This document shows positions 1-9,432 of a DNA stretch of 64,000 nt, piece after piece. The notes beneath the pieces were generated by a model. The model saw nothing but the letters and a program-made list of their open reading frames with translations, made no database searches and was not told the DNA's origin. Both the position numbers and the translations under genes were made by a program. How positions within the stretch are numbered: the first letter of the stretch is position 1; every line of letters begins with the position of its first letter. Source of the DNA: Candidatus Binatia bacterium (GTDB lineage Bacteria > Desulfobacterota > Binatia > UBA9968); the NCBI GenBank assembly GCA_036004365.1, contig DASYRN010000030.1:705-64704 (forward strand), read 5' to 3'.

Positions 1-884
1 TAGCCTACGTCGCGTACGGCGGATTGTGGTGGATGCAGGCGCTTTTCTATGCGATCGGCGCAACGGTCACCGCCATTATCGCCATCGCTGCCTACAAGCT
101 CGCCCGCAGCACCAACAAGCGCGACCAGCTACTTTGGGGTATTTTCGCGCTACTCACGTTAGTAACCGTGTGGGCCCAGGCCGAGCTGGCGGAATTCTTT
201 ATCCTAGCAGGAATGGTGGTTCTCCTCGTTCGGGCATGGCCAGGTTGGAGACGGGGTCTTCTCATGGGATTGGGCGGCGTAGTCCTGGGGTTGGCTATCT
301 GGCTGTTGGAGGCCTGGCTCCGCCAAGCCGGGACGGCAGACGATTCCATGAATGTACTAGTTCAGATTTTGCTGTTTTTTATCAAGGCGGGCGCTTTTGT
401 CTTCGGCAGCGGGCTGGCGATCATTCCGTTTTTGCAACAGGGCGTGGTCCAGCAATTTGGCTGGCTCAACGAGCATCAGTTTTTGGATGCAGTGGCGGTG
501 GCGATGATCACCCCTGGTCCCGTGGTTATCACAGTCGCTTTTATCGGCTTTCTCGTCGCCGGCTTGGCCGGTGCCATCATGGCTTCGATCGGCATCTTCC
601 TGCCGGTCTATTTGTTTACCATTGTCCCGGCACCCTGGTTCAAACGCCACCGAGATAACCCACAGCTTAAGGCATTCGTTGATGGTGCCACCGCGTCAGC
701 CACCGGTGCGATCACGGGCGCGGTGGTGTTGCTGGGTGTACGGGCGATCATTGACCTGCCCACGGCGATAATCGGGCTGGTCAGCTTAGGCGTCTTATGG
801 CGCTTCAAGGTCTCGGAGCCGGTGCTGGTCACCATTTCAGGACTTGTCGGATTGATACTCTGGCCGCTGCTGCGCATGGGGTGA
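1..884 (+). CDS. chrA: Chromate ion transporter (CHR family, ChrA). 5'-partial: the frame is open to the window edge.
   Basis: Very hydrophobic multi-TM protein with CHR-family motifs (FGSGLAIIPF, MITPGPVV, DGATASATGAITGAVV). The reading frame runs open to position 1, so the N-terminus lies outside the window. Confidence 0.7.
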   Translation, partial: AYVAYGGLWWMQALFYAIGATVTAIIAIAAYKLARSTNKRDQLLWGIFALLTLVTVWAQAELAEFFILAGMVVLLVRAWPGWRRGLLMGLGGVVLGLAIWLLEAWLRQAGTADDSMNVLVQILLFFIKAGAFVFGSGLAIIPFLQQGVVQQFGWLNEHQFLDAVAVAMITPGPVVITVAFIGFLVAGLAGAIMASIGIFLPVYLFTIVPAPWFKRHRDNPQLKAFVDGATASATGAITGAVVLLGVRAIIDLPTAIIGLVSLGVLWRFKVSEPVLVTISGLVGLILWPLLRMG

Positions 885-931
885 CCTGATGAGCTATTCT
901 ATAATTCTTGAAGATGAAAGGAGCAAAAACT

Positions 932-1387
932 ATGAAGTGGGTAACCCGCGCTCGACCGAAAGTGGATCGCGTGGCCTGTCCGTGGCTGATCAAACGATTC
1001 GTTGACCCACAAGGCGAGTTTCTATACGTGCTGGCGGACCAAGTAATGGAGACAGCGCAGCGCGAAGGAGCAATCCCGTTCGATGTGCCGAACGTCGAGC
1101 TCGGTCATCATGGCCCCGAATGTAGCTTCGACGCCATCATAAAAAAATACAAACTCAAAGACCCAGCTCTCGAAAGGTTGGCTCTGATTGTCCGAGGTGC
1201 TGACACAAAGGCTAAAGATCTGACCCCGGAATCCCTAGGTCTGGAGGCGATCGCCGAGGGATTCCGGCTAGTGTTTCAGAACGACCATGAACTGCTAGAG
1301 CGAGAGATGCCAGTCTATGATGCGTTGTTTGCTTATTGCCAAGAGATGGTGCCGCAAGAGAGGGTCAAAAGCAAAGCCAAGGAATAG
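932..1387 (+). CDS. ChrB C-terminal-domain-like chromate resistance protein (Chrome_Resist family), tentative
   Basis: N-terminus MKWVTRARPKVDRVACPWLIKRF resembles short ChrB-C / chromate-resistance proteins that accompany chrA. It sits immediately downstream of chrA. AGGAG lies upstream of the ATG at 932; the ORF tool instead used an upstream TTG. Confidence 0.45.
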   Translation: MKWVTRARPKVDRVACPWLIKRFVDPQGEFLYVLADQVMETAQREGAIPFDVPNVELGHHGPECSFDAIIKKYKLKDPALERLALIVRGADTKAKDLTPESLGLEAIAEGFRLVFQNDHELLEREMPVYDALFAYCQEMVPQERVKSKAKE

Positions 1388-1395
1388 GCGGAAAG

Positions 1396-2088
1396 ATGAA
1401 ATTTGAAAAAGCGACAAAGGTCAAAGCGCTGATAGCAATGATCGTGTCGATTCTTACAGGAGGCGTTGCCGCACAGACTGTAAAGGACGCCCGGCCAGTC
1501 TGGAAGTGGAGCTTTGATGCCGATCGTGGCGGCGAACCACCGTCAGGTTTCTCATTCGGCCGGACTGGCAGTGGACGGGTTGGCCGATGGGTTGTCCGGG
1601 CTGAAAAAGACGCACCCAGTGGAACAAACGTACTGGCTCAGGTCGATGAGGACAACCCAAGCTATAGATTTCCTATTGCAGTAGCTAATGAACCTTCACT
1701 GCAAAACTTTCGGCTCTCGGTCCGCTGTAAGCCGATATCCGGAAAGGTGGATCAAGCTTGCGGCCTGGTCTTTCGCTACCGTGATGAGAACAACTATTAT
1801 GTTATCCGTGCCAATGCCTTGGAGGATAACGTCCGATTTTATTACGTCAAGGATGGAAAACGAAATCAGCTTGCGAGCTGGTCTGGTCGAGTCTCAAGTG
1901 GTTCTTGGCACGAACTCCGGGTTGACGCCCGTGGAGAGCATTTAGAGGTCTACTGGAACGGCAAGAGGGTCATCGATGCCAAAGACACGACCTTTAGCGC
2001 TCCAGGCAAGGTAGGAGTCTGGACCAAGGCTGATTCGGTCACCTACTTCGACGACCTAAGCGCGACACCGCTGCCAAGCGGGGAATGA
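1396..2088 (+). CDS. Secreted DUF1080 / LamG-like beta-jellyroll domain protein (3-keto-disaccharide hydrolase-like fold)
   Basis: The ATG at 1396 is followed by a signal peptide (KVKALIAMIVSILTGGVAAQT). The body has the motif pattern typical of DUF1080 / concanavalin-like proteins (GLVFRYRDENNYYVIRAN ... WHELRVDARGEHLEVYWNG ... GKVGVW). Confidence 0.5.
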   Translation: MKFEKATKVKALIAMIVSILTGGVAAQTVKDARPVWKWSFDADRGGEPPSGFSFGRTGSGRVGRWVVRAEKDAPSGTNVLAQVDEDNPSYRFPIAVANEPSLQNFRLSVRCKPISGKVDQACGLVFRYRDENNYYVIRANALEDNVRFYYVKDGKRNQLASWSGRVSSGSWHELRVDARGEHLEVYWNGKRVIDAKDTTFSAPGKVGVWTKADSVTYFDDLSATPLPSGE

Positions 2089-2117
2089 ATTTTAGACGGA
2101 GGCACCGTGAAATATGA

Positions 2118-2348
2118 AATAAAACTGTTGTCCTGCGATCCTTCCGAACTCAAGGGATTGTCAGAAAAACTCATCCTCAGTCACTATCAAAACAATTATG
2201 GCGGTGCGGTGAAGCGCTGGACATGTACGAGCATTCCTATCATATGGATTACGGTGCTAATGCAGCTGCCTACGTGGATGCCTTTACGCAGAACATTAAC
2301 TGGGAAAACGTCTTCCGCCTTTATCGCACAGCAACTAGAAAGTCCTGA
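2118..2348 (+). pseudogene. Remnant of an Fe/Mn superoxide dismutase (chrC-like): C-terminal fragment only, with no start codon
   Basis: This frame reads [38 protein letters not shown]. That matches the conserved SOD C-terminus (DVWEHAYYLDYQNRR...VNW..V). No in-frame start or N-terminal domain is present, and it sits next to the chr genes. Confidence 0.5.
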
Positions 2349-2442
2349 TCTTGCTTCTGAGACCTGGGTCTTCATGAAAATAGTTAAGGACCAGGCGCGA
2401 CTAATGGCGCGAGCATCTAATAACGATGAAAGGAGTTTAAAT

Positions 2443-3366
2443 ATGGAAAAGAGCATGAAGAAAGTGCATTTCCCCGTCATGGGGGGATTCGTCGCGTTTG
2501 TATACTTAGCGCTGGCGGGCGCTGCATCACCTGGTCTCGCAGCAGAGCGGAAACTCGACGCCGCCAAAATCGAGCAGCTCACGGGCGCAAAAGGAGAACT
2601 CAACGAAAAAGAAGGCGTGTTTACGGTCAGAGTTCCTCGCACGGACCTTCAGGTTACTACAGCCGGAGTGAAGATGAATCCGGCTATGGGCTTGACCTCA
2701 TATGCAGCCTTTATGAAAGCCGGTGCCAAAACAATGGTTATGGGTGACACTACACTGCTCGAAGATCAGGTCAATCCGGTAATGAGTGTCGCGCTGGAGA
2801 ATGGCCTGGAAGTTACAGCCCTTCACAACCATTTTTTCTGGGACTCCCCCAAAGTTATGTTCATGCACATCGGTGGTATGGGGGATGACGCAAAATTGGC
2901 CTCGGCAGTCGGCAAAGTATTCGCGAAGATCAAGGAGACCAGCGGCGGTAAAGGGCAAATACCAAAAGCCGATCTCGATCCTGCCAAAACTTCACTGGAT
3001 CCCAAAAACATTGAAGGCATTATGGGCGTGAAGGGACAAATGGGTAGTGGGGTTTACAAGATCACGATAGGTCGTACCACAAAGATGCACGGCCACGAGG
3101 TTGGCAACGCAATGGGCATCAACACGTGGGCGGCGTTTGTCGGAAGTGACCAACAGGCGGTGGTCGATGGTGATTTTGTGATGTTAGAGAAAGAGCTTCA
3201 ATCGGTACTCAAAGCGTTGCGTGGTGCGGGGATCAATGTGGTTGCTATTCACAACCACATCGAGACGGAATCGCCGCGCATTGTCTTTCTGCACTACTGG
3301 GGTGTGGGCTCGACGACTGACCTTGCCAAGGGGTTGAAAGCTGCCCTCGATACACAAAAGAAATGA
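2443..3366 (+). CDS. DUF1259 (LppY/LpqO-like) secreted protein
   Basis: Good RBS (AAAGGAG) before the ATG at 2443. Signal peptide present. Two internal repeats each carry an HNH-containing motif (ALHNHFFWDSP and AIHNHIETESP), typical of DUF1259. Confidence 0.55.
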   Translation: MEKSMKKVHFPVMGGFVAFVYLALAGAASPGLAAERKLDAAKIEQLTGAKGELNEKEGVFTVRVPRTDLQVTTAGVKMNPAMGLTSYAAFMKAGAKTMVMGDTTLLEDQVNPVMSVALENGLEVTALHNHFFWDSPKVMFMHIGGMGDDAKLASAVGKVFAKIKETSGGKGQIPKADLDPAKTSLDPKNIEGIMGVKGQMGSGVYKITIGRTTKMHGHEVGNAMGINTWAAFVGSDQQAVVDGDFVMLEKELQSVLKALRGAGINVVAIHNHIETESPRIVFLHYWGVGSTTDLAKGLKAALDTQKK

Positions 3367-3402
3367 GCTTGGAAATCCTAAGGGCTGGCGAGGCAGAAAA
3401 AA

Positions 3403-4392
3403 ATGAAAAGGTTCTACAATATTTTTCTGATCGGACTTACTGTACTTGTGGTTAGGGCCCGAGCCGAAGAGCCTCCGCTGCTACGGTTGGTGCAAACGAT
3501 CACTTTGCCCCATGTCGAAGGACGCATTGATCACATGGCCGTGGATCTTAAAGGCGAACGGCTATTCATCGCCGCACTCGGGAACAATACGGTAGAAATC
3601 GTGGACCTCCGTGGGAGGAAACGTATTGGGAGCATCTACGGGCTGCATGAGCCGCAGGGTGTCAGTTTTATTCCGGAGTTTAACAAGATTTTTATCGCCA
3701 ACGGTAAAGGTGGCACTTGCGATGTGTTCGATGGGTCGTCGTTTAAGCTCATTAAGAGCATCAAGTTTTTCGATGACGCCGACAATATTCGCTACGCGTC
3801 CGCGCGCCGTATCTATGTCGGCTACGGTAGCGGTGGCCTCGGCATCATCGATGCAGCAAATGGCGATCAACTCGGCGATATTAAGCTCGAGGGTCATCCT
3901 GAATCGTTCCAGCTAGAAAAGTCAGGCCCGCGCATTTTCGTAAATATCCCCACGTCCCAAAAGGTAGTGGTTGTGGACCAGGAAAAACGCGCTGTGACTA
4001 CAGCGTGGCCAACCTTGGGCGCCACGGGCAACTTTCCCATGGCGCTGGACGAAACGCATCATCGGCTGTTTGTCGGGTTTCGAAAGCCAGCGAAACTCTT
4101 TGTTTTCGACACAGAATCGGGCAGAGCCGTTGCCAACCTGGACAGCCCCGGGGACGCCGACGACATTTTTTACGATGCTGCACATAGGCGAATTTACATT
4201 TCCGGGGGAGAGGGTTTTATCGGTGTTGTTCAACAACAGGATGCTGACCATTACAAGACGGTCACAAAAATTCTCACTGCATCAGGCGCTCGCACGTCAT
4301 TGTTTGTGCCTGAAGTAGGGCGCCTTTACCTCGCGGTTCCGCACCGAGGAAACCAAGAGGCAGAGATTCGCGTTTACGAAGCGCGGCCGTGA
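3403..4392 (+). CDS. YVTN-family / YncE-like beta-propeller repeat protein, secreted
   Basis: Signal peptide. Repeated 'G.....I.vvD......i' beta-propeller blades (TVEIVDLRG, VVVVDQEKRAV, LFVFDTESGRAV). Confidence 0.55.
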   Translation: MKRFYNIFLIGLTVLVVRARAEEPPLLRLVQTITLPHVEGRIDHMAVDLKGERLFIAALGNNTVEIVDLRGRKRIGSIYGLHEPQGVSFIPEFNKIFIANGKGGTCDVFDGSSFKLIKSIKFFDDADNIRYASARRIYVGYGSGGLGIIDAANGDQLGDIKLEGHPESFQLEKSGPRIFVNIPTSQKVVVVDQEKRAVTTAWPTLGATGNFPMALDETHHRLFVGFRKPAKLFVFDTESGRAVANLDSPGDADDIFYDAAHRRIYISGGEGFIGVVQQQDADHYKTVTKILTASGARTSLFVPEVGRLYLAVPHRGNQEAEIRVYEARP

Positions 4393-4411
4393 ATAGAACA
4401 AGACATTTGAC

Positions 4412-5176
4412 ATGAGGACTTTGCCCTACTCTGTTACGCTCTCGAGTCTGCTTCTTGCCTGTGTTCTGCTGATCCCTTTCTCCTCTGCCTGGGGATATAG
4501 ACCGTTTGTCTCCACCGACGCCGCCGTCGCCAATTTTAGGGAGACGGAGATCGAGCTTGGGTACTTTAACTTGGAACGAGAAAGGGGGAAAAACACCTTC
4601 ATCATTCCAAAGGTCGTGCTTAACTACGGACTTATTCGAAACCTTGAGCTCGTTGCGGAATTTGGCATTGAAGAACCTCCGCACGGTTCAGTCCGGCTCG
4701 CGGACCCTGCGCTATCGCTGAAAGCGGTCCTTAAAGAGGGAATTTTCCAGGAAAAGGACGGAGTGAGCTTCGCTGTCGAGGCCGGGCCGCTCTTACCTTC
4801 CACAACCAAAGAGGAAAACAGTTTTGGTTTCGAAGGGGTCGGGATACTGAGTGGAAGATATGGCGCATTAACATATCATCTAAACTTCGGTGGAGGAGTC
4901 GATAGGGCGGAGACTAACCCTTTTGCCATCTGGGGAGTTATCGCGGAGTTTCCCATTGCCCCTAAGCTTCGATTGGTCGGAGAAGTCAACGGGGAGAGCG
5001 TTAAAGGCAAGTCGGGTGATAATTCCGCCCTCCTCGGCTTCATCTGGGAGTCGCCATGGCGAAATGTTTTCATCGATGCAGGGGTTCGGAGAGGCATCAG
5101 CAGGGCGGCCGCCGACTGGATGTTTACAACCGGATTGACTTTCAGCTTCTCCCTGGCAACGGCCGCTCATAACTAA
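4412..5176 (+). CDS. Outer-membrane beta-barrel protein (Phenol_MetA_deg-like putative porin)
   Basis: Signal peptide. Alternating amphipathic beta-strand pattern. C-terminal aromatic residues (LTFSFSL). N-terminal YRPFVSTDAAV motif. Confidence 0.45.
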   Translation: MRTLPYSVTLSSLLLACVLLIPFSSAWGYRPFVSTDAAVANFRETEIELGYFNLERERGKNTFIIPKVVLNYGLIRNLELVAEFGIEEPPHGSVRLADPALSLKAVLKEGIFQEKDGVSFAVEAGPLLPSTTKEENSFGFEGVGILSGRYGALTYHLNFGGGVDRAETNPFAIWGVIAEFPIAPKLRLVGEVNGESVKGKSGDNSALLGFIWESPWRNVFIDAGVRRGISRAAADWMFTTGLTFSFSLATAAHN

Positions 5177-5421
5177 TCCGCCAAGATAGTCGCGCCTCTC
5201 GTTTTGCGCGGTTCTGGACAAGCCATTCCTTGAAGGACACAATGCAAAAGTGCGGACGGCAATTCCATGCAAGATGTTACAGAATGGCCTAGCGGAAACA
5301 TTCATTCATCTTCCCACGTGCCATACCATTCGAGTTTCTCTCTTCGCTTTTGGAAGCCAGCTGCAGGCATGAGATCATCAGTGTTATCAATTACAAAGGT
5401 AAATATTTGACCCTGACTCTT

Positions 5422-6255
5422 TTACTCGGTAGAACCCGGGCGATGCTTGTGAGGCGATGAACTCCTGACTAGGGAGAGAAGTTCTTCCGGTGGCATGTTG
5501 GAAGTTAACATGCAGATTATATTATCCTCACGGTGGAGCACTGCGTGGATTCCATCGCGGGAGAAGCTATAGAATCTAATCTTCGTCTCGGGATCAAAAA
5601 AGACTGTAGCCTCTTTGGGTGCATCTTCCTCTGTACCGAGAAAAGTGAAACAGGTGATAGAAAGCCCGTTCCCTCTAAAGAAAGCCACTAGGATTTGGCG
5701 TCCCTTAACTTCCTGGACCGTCCCGCCTATAGGCTTTACCCCCAACGGGGAGAAATCATACCCCAGCGGACCGAATTTGCCGTGCACAGCATGATGCAGC
5801 CAAGCATGTAATTCATCCGTATTTGTCGCCTCCCGAAGAGAGACCTCGCCCCTATCGATCTTTGCCCGGATCTGTAGAGCCGCCAGAGAAATGGATTGAC
5901 TGGGTGGCTGCATGAGAAAGAACATAGAGATAACAAGGATGACAAGAAGGGCGGAAGCAAAAGCTGGACGGAGGAATGGCTGCAAGCGAAGGATCAGCTT
6001 GCTCCTCCCATTGGAAGATTCGGCTTCCTTTGGCATGGTGCGCTGATCAGATAGAATCCTTTGCCTGAGGTCGACCGGCGCAACCACGCTGGCGCTAACC
6101 GTGCGAATCTCCCTGTTTAAAGACCGCTCCCACTCATAAGCCCGCTGGCACCTCGGGCAATCTCTGAGATGACCTTCTATAGAGGATCGCTCCGGGTCAG
6201 ATAGTTCATTATCGATCAGGGCGCTTATCAGTTCTTCTGCCTGTTCGCACTTCAT
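5422..6255 (-). CDS. Anti-sigma factor (zf-HC2 type, single TM) cognate to the adjacent ECF sigma
   Basis: N-terminal HLRDCPRCQRAYEWERSL zinc-finger anti-sigma motif. One TM segment (ASALLVILVISMFFLM). Overlaps the stop of the upstream sigma gene. Confidence 0.6.
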   Translation of the reverse strand: MKCEQAEELISALIDNELSDPERSSIEGHLRDCPRCQRAYEWERSLNREIRTVSASVVAPVDLRQRILSDQRTMPKEAESSNGRSKLILRLQPFLRPAFASALLVILVISMFFLMQPPSQSISLAALQIRAKIDRGEVSLREATNTDELHAWLHHAVHGKFGPLGYDFSPLGVKPIGGTVQEVKGRQILVAFFRGNGLSITCFTFLGTEEDAPKEATVFFDPETKIRFYSFSRDGIHAVLHREDNIICMLTSNMPPEELLSLVRSSSPHKHRPGSTE

Positions 6256-6835
6256 TTTTTCTCTCTTCCTTCTCTTCGATGCCCATGTATCCCTTAAGGT
6301 GCTTGTAAATCAGTCTTCTGCCGCGGGAGAGCCGGGAGCGGATTGTACCCAACGGGCACGAGAGTATCTCCGCTGCTTCTTCATAAGAAAAATCTCCCAT
6401 AACTACCAAAATAATGGGCAGACGGAACTCCTCAGGGATTTTGTTTAAAACATCAGTAATTTTTCCCTTCAGTTCTTTTAGTAAGATGTGGGTTTCCGGC
6501 CCGGGGTTTTCGGTCGGTACCTGCTCCCAATAGTCCGAAGGCCCTCCGTCCTCACCGAAATTGTCTTCTGCCGAGAGCCATTTCTTTTTCTGGTTGCAAT
6601 GATGGAAAAAGAAATTATAAAGGATCGTTGTGAGCCAGGCCTTCATGTTGGTCCCCGGAGTAAACTGCATGTAGGAACCGAGAGCGCGCGAATAGGTCTC
6701 CTGAACCAAGTCTTTAGCCTCGTTAGATTCCTTTGCGAGGTAGAGGGCAATCCGATAGAGATGATCGAGGTGAGTCATGGCTTCATGGGAAAACTTTTCC
6801 CTCTCTTTGTCCCTCGTCTCTTCCCCCCGGGCCAT
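6209..6835 (-). CDS. ECF-family RNA polymerase sigma-70 factor
   Basis: Region 2 (DLVQETYSRAL) and region 4 (FRLPIILVVMGDFSYEEAAEILSCPLGTIRSRLSRGRRLI) motifs are present. The start was chosen at the internal ATG (MARGEE); the ORF tool's start at 6871 would leave no leader. Confidence 0.75.
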   Translation of the reverse strand: MARGEETRDKEREKFSHEAMTHLDHLYRIALYLAKESNEAKDLVQETYSRALGSYMQFTPGTNMKAWLTTILYNFFFHHCNQKKKWLSAEDNFGEDGGPSDYWEQVPTENPGPETHILLKELKGKITDVLNKIPEEFRLPIILVVMGDFSYEEAAEILSCPLGTIRSRLSRGRRLIYKHLKGYMGIEEKEERKNEVRTGRRTDKRPDR

Positions 6836-6887
6836 GCAATGATTGATACATAAGGCAAGGCTAATGTTCAATCAGTACGCCTAGTAA

Positions 6888-6920
6888 TGCAACGATTTTG
6901 GTACGTTTGAAGTTCCGGAA
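6888..6920 (-). promoter_or_regulatory. Candidate ECF-type promoter (GGAAC-N17-CGTT) upstream of the ECF sigma gene; possible autoregulation
   Basis: The minus strand reads GGAACTTCAAACGTACCAAAATCGTT about 45-80 nt upstream of the proposed start. Confidence 0.3.
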
Positions 6921-7374
6921 GATGGTAGAGTCTACGTGAGAGTGAACTCCGAGGGATCAGCTCGTCACACAGCAGAGATTTTCTGGCCTTCATTAACTGT
7001 CGCAATTTCTGTGTCTTTTCCGCTCCCTTCGTTTACTTTTATGCTCCCCTGAAGCCTGTCCTCTCCGGTCAAGATTTTCTGTTAAAAAATTCCTGGGAAC
7101 TTTTTCAGGTCCGTTCTACTTGACAGAGTAATAGGCCGATGATCGGCCGGAGAGGCGAAGAAATGAAGAATATCATTGTTTCCGGTCCCGAGGAGCACTG
7201 TTATGCTAAATCCAATCATCCTCAGGGAAGGCTTAGAGCAGGCAGCTCTCGATTACTGATGGGTGAAGGATCATCTCCGTTGAGGCGCGGGTTCATATGA
7301 CGGTATTTCCGTATCGTCCTTTCAACGCAGACTGGTACCGATCACGAAGGCTTCATTTCCAGGAGGAGGAAAAT

Positions 7375-7863
7375 ATGAGAAGAATACAGATTGGTCTGAT
7401 AGCGATAGCATTCACATTTAGCTTACACATTGTCCCTGCGAGCTGGGCGGCCGATACTCATATCATGTCTAGGGATCACCTGATGGTAGAACCCAACGAT
7501 CTAAAATGGGCCGATGTGCCCACGTTGCCGCCGGGCGCTAAAGGGGCCATCATTGAAGGGCCGCCGAATGAAGCCGTCCCATTCATGATGCGCTTAAAAT
7601 TCCCCGCCAACTACAGAGTTCCCGCCCACTGGCATCCGGCTATTGAGCATCTCACCGTGCTCTCCGGAACCTTCAACATGGGCATCGGCGATAAGCTGGA
7701 TATGACAAAGACCAAGGCATTGTCGCCAGGCGGTGTCATGATCATCCAGCCAAAGATTCCTCATTTTGCTTGGACAAAAGAAGAAGTGATGGTGCAGGTA
7801 CACGGGGTGGGACCTTGGGGAGTCACTTACGTTGACCCGGCAGACGATCCCAGAAAAAAATAG
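7375..7863 (+). CDS. Cupin-domain protein with signal peptide
   Basis: Strong RBS (GGAGGAGG) before the ATG at 7375. Signal peptide (IAIAFTFSLHIVPASWAA). Cupin His motif (HWHPAIEHLTVLSG). Confidence 0.5.
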   Translation: MRRIQIGLIAIAFTFSLHIVPASWAADTHIMSRDHLMVEPNDLKWADVPTLPPGAKGAIIEGPPNEAVPFMMRLKFPANYRVPAHWHPAIEHLTVLSGTFNMGIGDKLDMTKTKALSPGGVMIIQPKIPHFAWTKEEVMVQVHGVGPWGVTYVDPADDPRKK

Positions 7864-8375
7864 TCCTGTCAGTGTTTCAGAGCACCACGGCTGTGTTCCG
7901 CCGGTCGTTGAGGCCAGAGAATCTTAGATAGGCAATGGCGTCCCCCACCGGTGAAGCGGTGTGGCATCCTGGGCAGTGGCTGAGTATTAATGCTGGTAAT
8001 TTAGTCTAGTTCCACTCCACGACAAGTGTGGACCTTCTATCGCGCATTCATTGGCGGATGAGCCGTGACTAGCAACTGCCTCGTTTATCCGTCGTTCATC
8101 GATTCGAATACGCGCTTCAAGTTTGTCTCTCCTAAAAGGTATAAGCTACTCGCCGCTGAAATACGCTTCGACATGTTCGAAGCGGAATTCACCCACGAGG
8201 GTGACCGTTGCACGCTGGAAAGTTTTGATCAACTGGACAGGATGCTGACGGGGCCTTTTAGCCGCTCTTCCGCTATCAGAGCCGCAAATACCTTCCTACT
8301 TTATCACCGCTTACAATCCTGGACAAAGCATGCGTGGTGGGAATATATTCTTTATAAGAGGGGAAAAAATATCAA

Positions 8376-9365
8376 ATGCTCAAAGTGATACCCGTGGAAG
8401 AAGCTGTCGGATTGCCGTTGGCTCACGATATCACGGAGATCGTCCCAGGGAAGCATAAAGGGCCGGCTTTCCGGCGTGGTCATGTGATTCGGCCCGAGGA
8501 TGTTTCGAAGCTGTTGGACATCGGCAAGGCCCACATCTACGTTATGGAGCTGGATAAGGATGAGCTCCATGAGGAGGATGCGGCGCGAAGGCTCGCCAAA
8601 GCAGCCGCGGGGCCGAACATCCATTTGACCGATCCCGTGGAAGGTCGGGTCAATTTGGTTGCTGAAATGGCCGGACTGTTAAAGATCAATGAGACGCTAC
8701 TCAGGCAGTTCAACGCTCTCGGGGATCTGATCCTCGCCACGATCCCGTCGAACCGATACGTCAAAAAGGGAGAGGTTATCGCCGGCACCCGGACGATCCC
8801 GGTGGTTGTTAAAGACGATCTCGTCAAAAGAGCTGAGGCGCTATGCAAACAAGGCGTGATTGTGACGATTGTTCCTATACCTCAACGGCGAGTTCATTTG
8901 ATTGTTACAGGGAGTGAGGTCTATACAGGTAGAATCCAGGATGGATTTGAACCTGTGGTGCGTCGCAAACTCGCTGAAATGGGGACAGAGCTGTCAAGCG
9001 CGAAGCTGGCACCGGACGATCCGGATCAGATCGCCAACTGTATTAAGGATTCTTACCGGACCGGAGTTGATCTTATTCTGGTCAGCGGTGGTATGTCGGT
9101 CGATCCTGATGATCTCACGCCGGAAGGTATTCGACGGAGCGGCGCGCGGGTTGAAAGCCATGGGTTTCCGATTCTACCCGGCTCGATGTTTCTCATGGCC
9201 TATCTCAATCAGACCCCCATCTTGGGGCTGTCTGGCTGTGTCCTGCATGATCCGGTGACTGCTTTCGATCTTCTTCTGCCTCGCTTGCTGGCGGGAGAGA
9301 GAATTTCTCGCTCAGACATTATCTCGATGGGCCACGGTGGGTTGCAGAAAAAACACGATCACTAA
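8376..9365 (+). CDS. Molybdopterin-binding (MoCF_biosynth, MoaB/MoeA-like) domain protein
   Basis: C-terminal LILVSGGMSVDPDDLTPEGI matches the GG-motif of the molybdopterin-binding fold. RBS AGAGGGG upstream. Lies near moaA. Confidence 0.5.
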   Translation: MLKVIPVEEAVGLPLAHDITEIVPGKHKGPAFRRGHVIRPEDVSKLLDIGKAHIYVMELDKDELHEEDAARRLAKAAAGPNIHLTDPVEGRVNLVAEMAGLLKINETLLRQFNALGDLILATIPSNRYVKKGEVIAGTRTIPVVVKDDLVKRAEALCKQGVIVTIVPIPQRRVHLIVTGSEVYTGRIQDGFEPVVRRKLAEMGTELSSAKLAPDDPDQIANCIKDSYRTGVDLILVSGGMSVDPDDLTPEGIRRSGARVESHGFPILPGSMFLMAYLNQTPILGLSGCVLHDPVTAFDLLLPRLLAGERISRSDIISMGHGGLQKKHDH

Positions 9366-9432
9366 AATGATAGAGGATAGAGGATAGAAGATTGAGGATA
9401 GTTGCAAGTTTTGGAGAAAGGAGAGAGCAAAG

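Noticed and set aside
2107-3366. 419-aa ORF read as one gene
   Set aside because: The 5' third has no signal peptide and no coherent domain. A SOD C-terminal fragment lies in another frame. The DUF1259 protein starts at the ATG at 2443, with a strong RBS and a signal peptide.
8065-8388. 107-aa ORF upstream of the molybdopterin-binding gene
   Set aside because: GTG start, no RBS, lower-GC codon usage than neighbouring genes, and no recognisable motif. Kept only as a note under findings.
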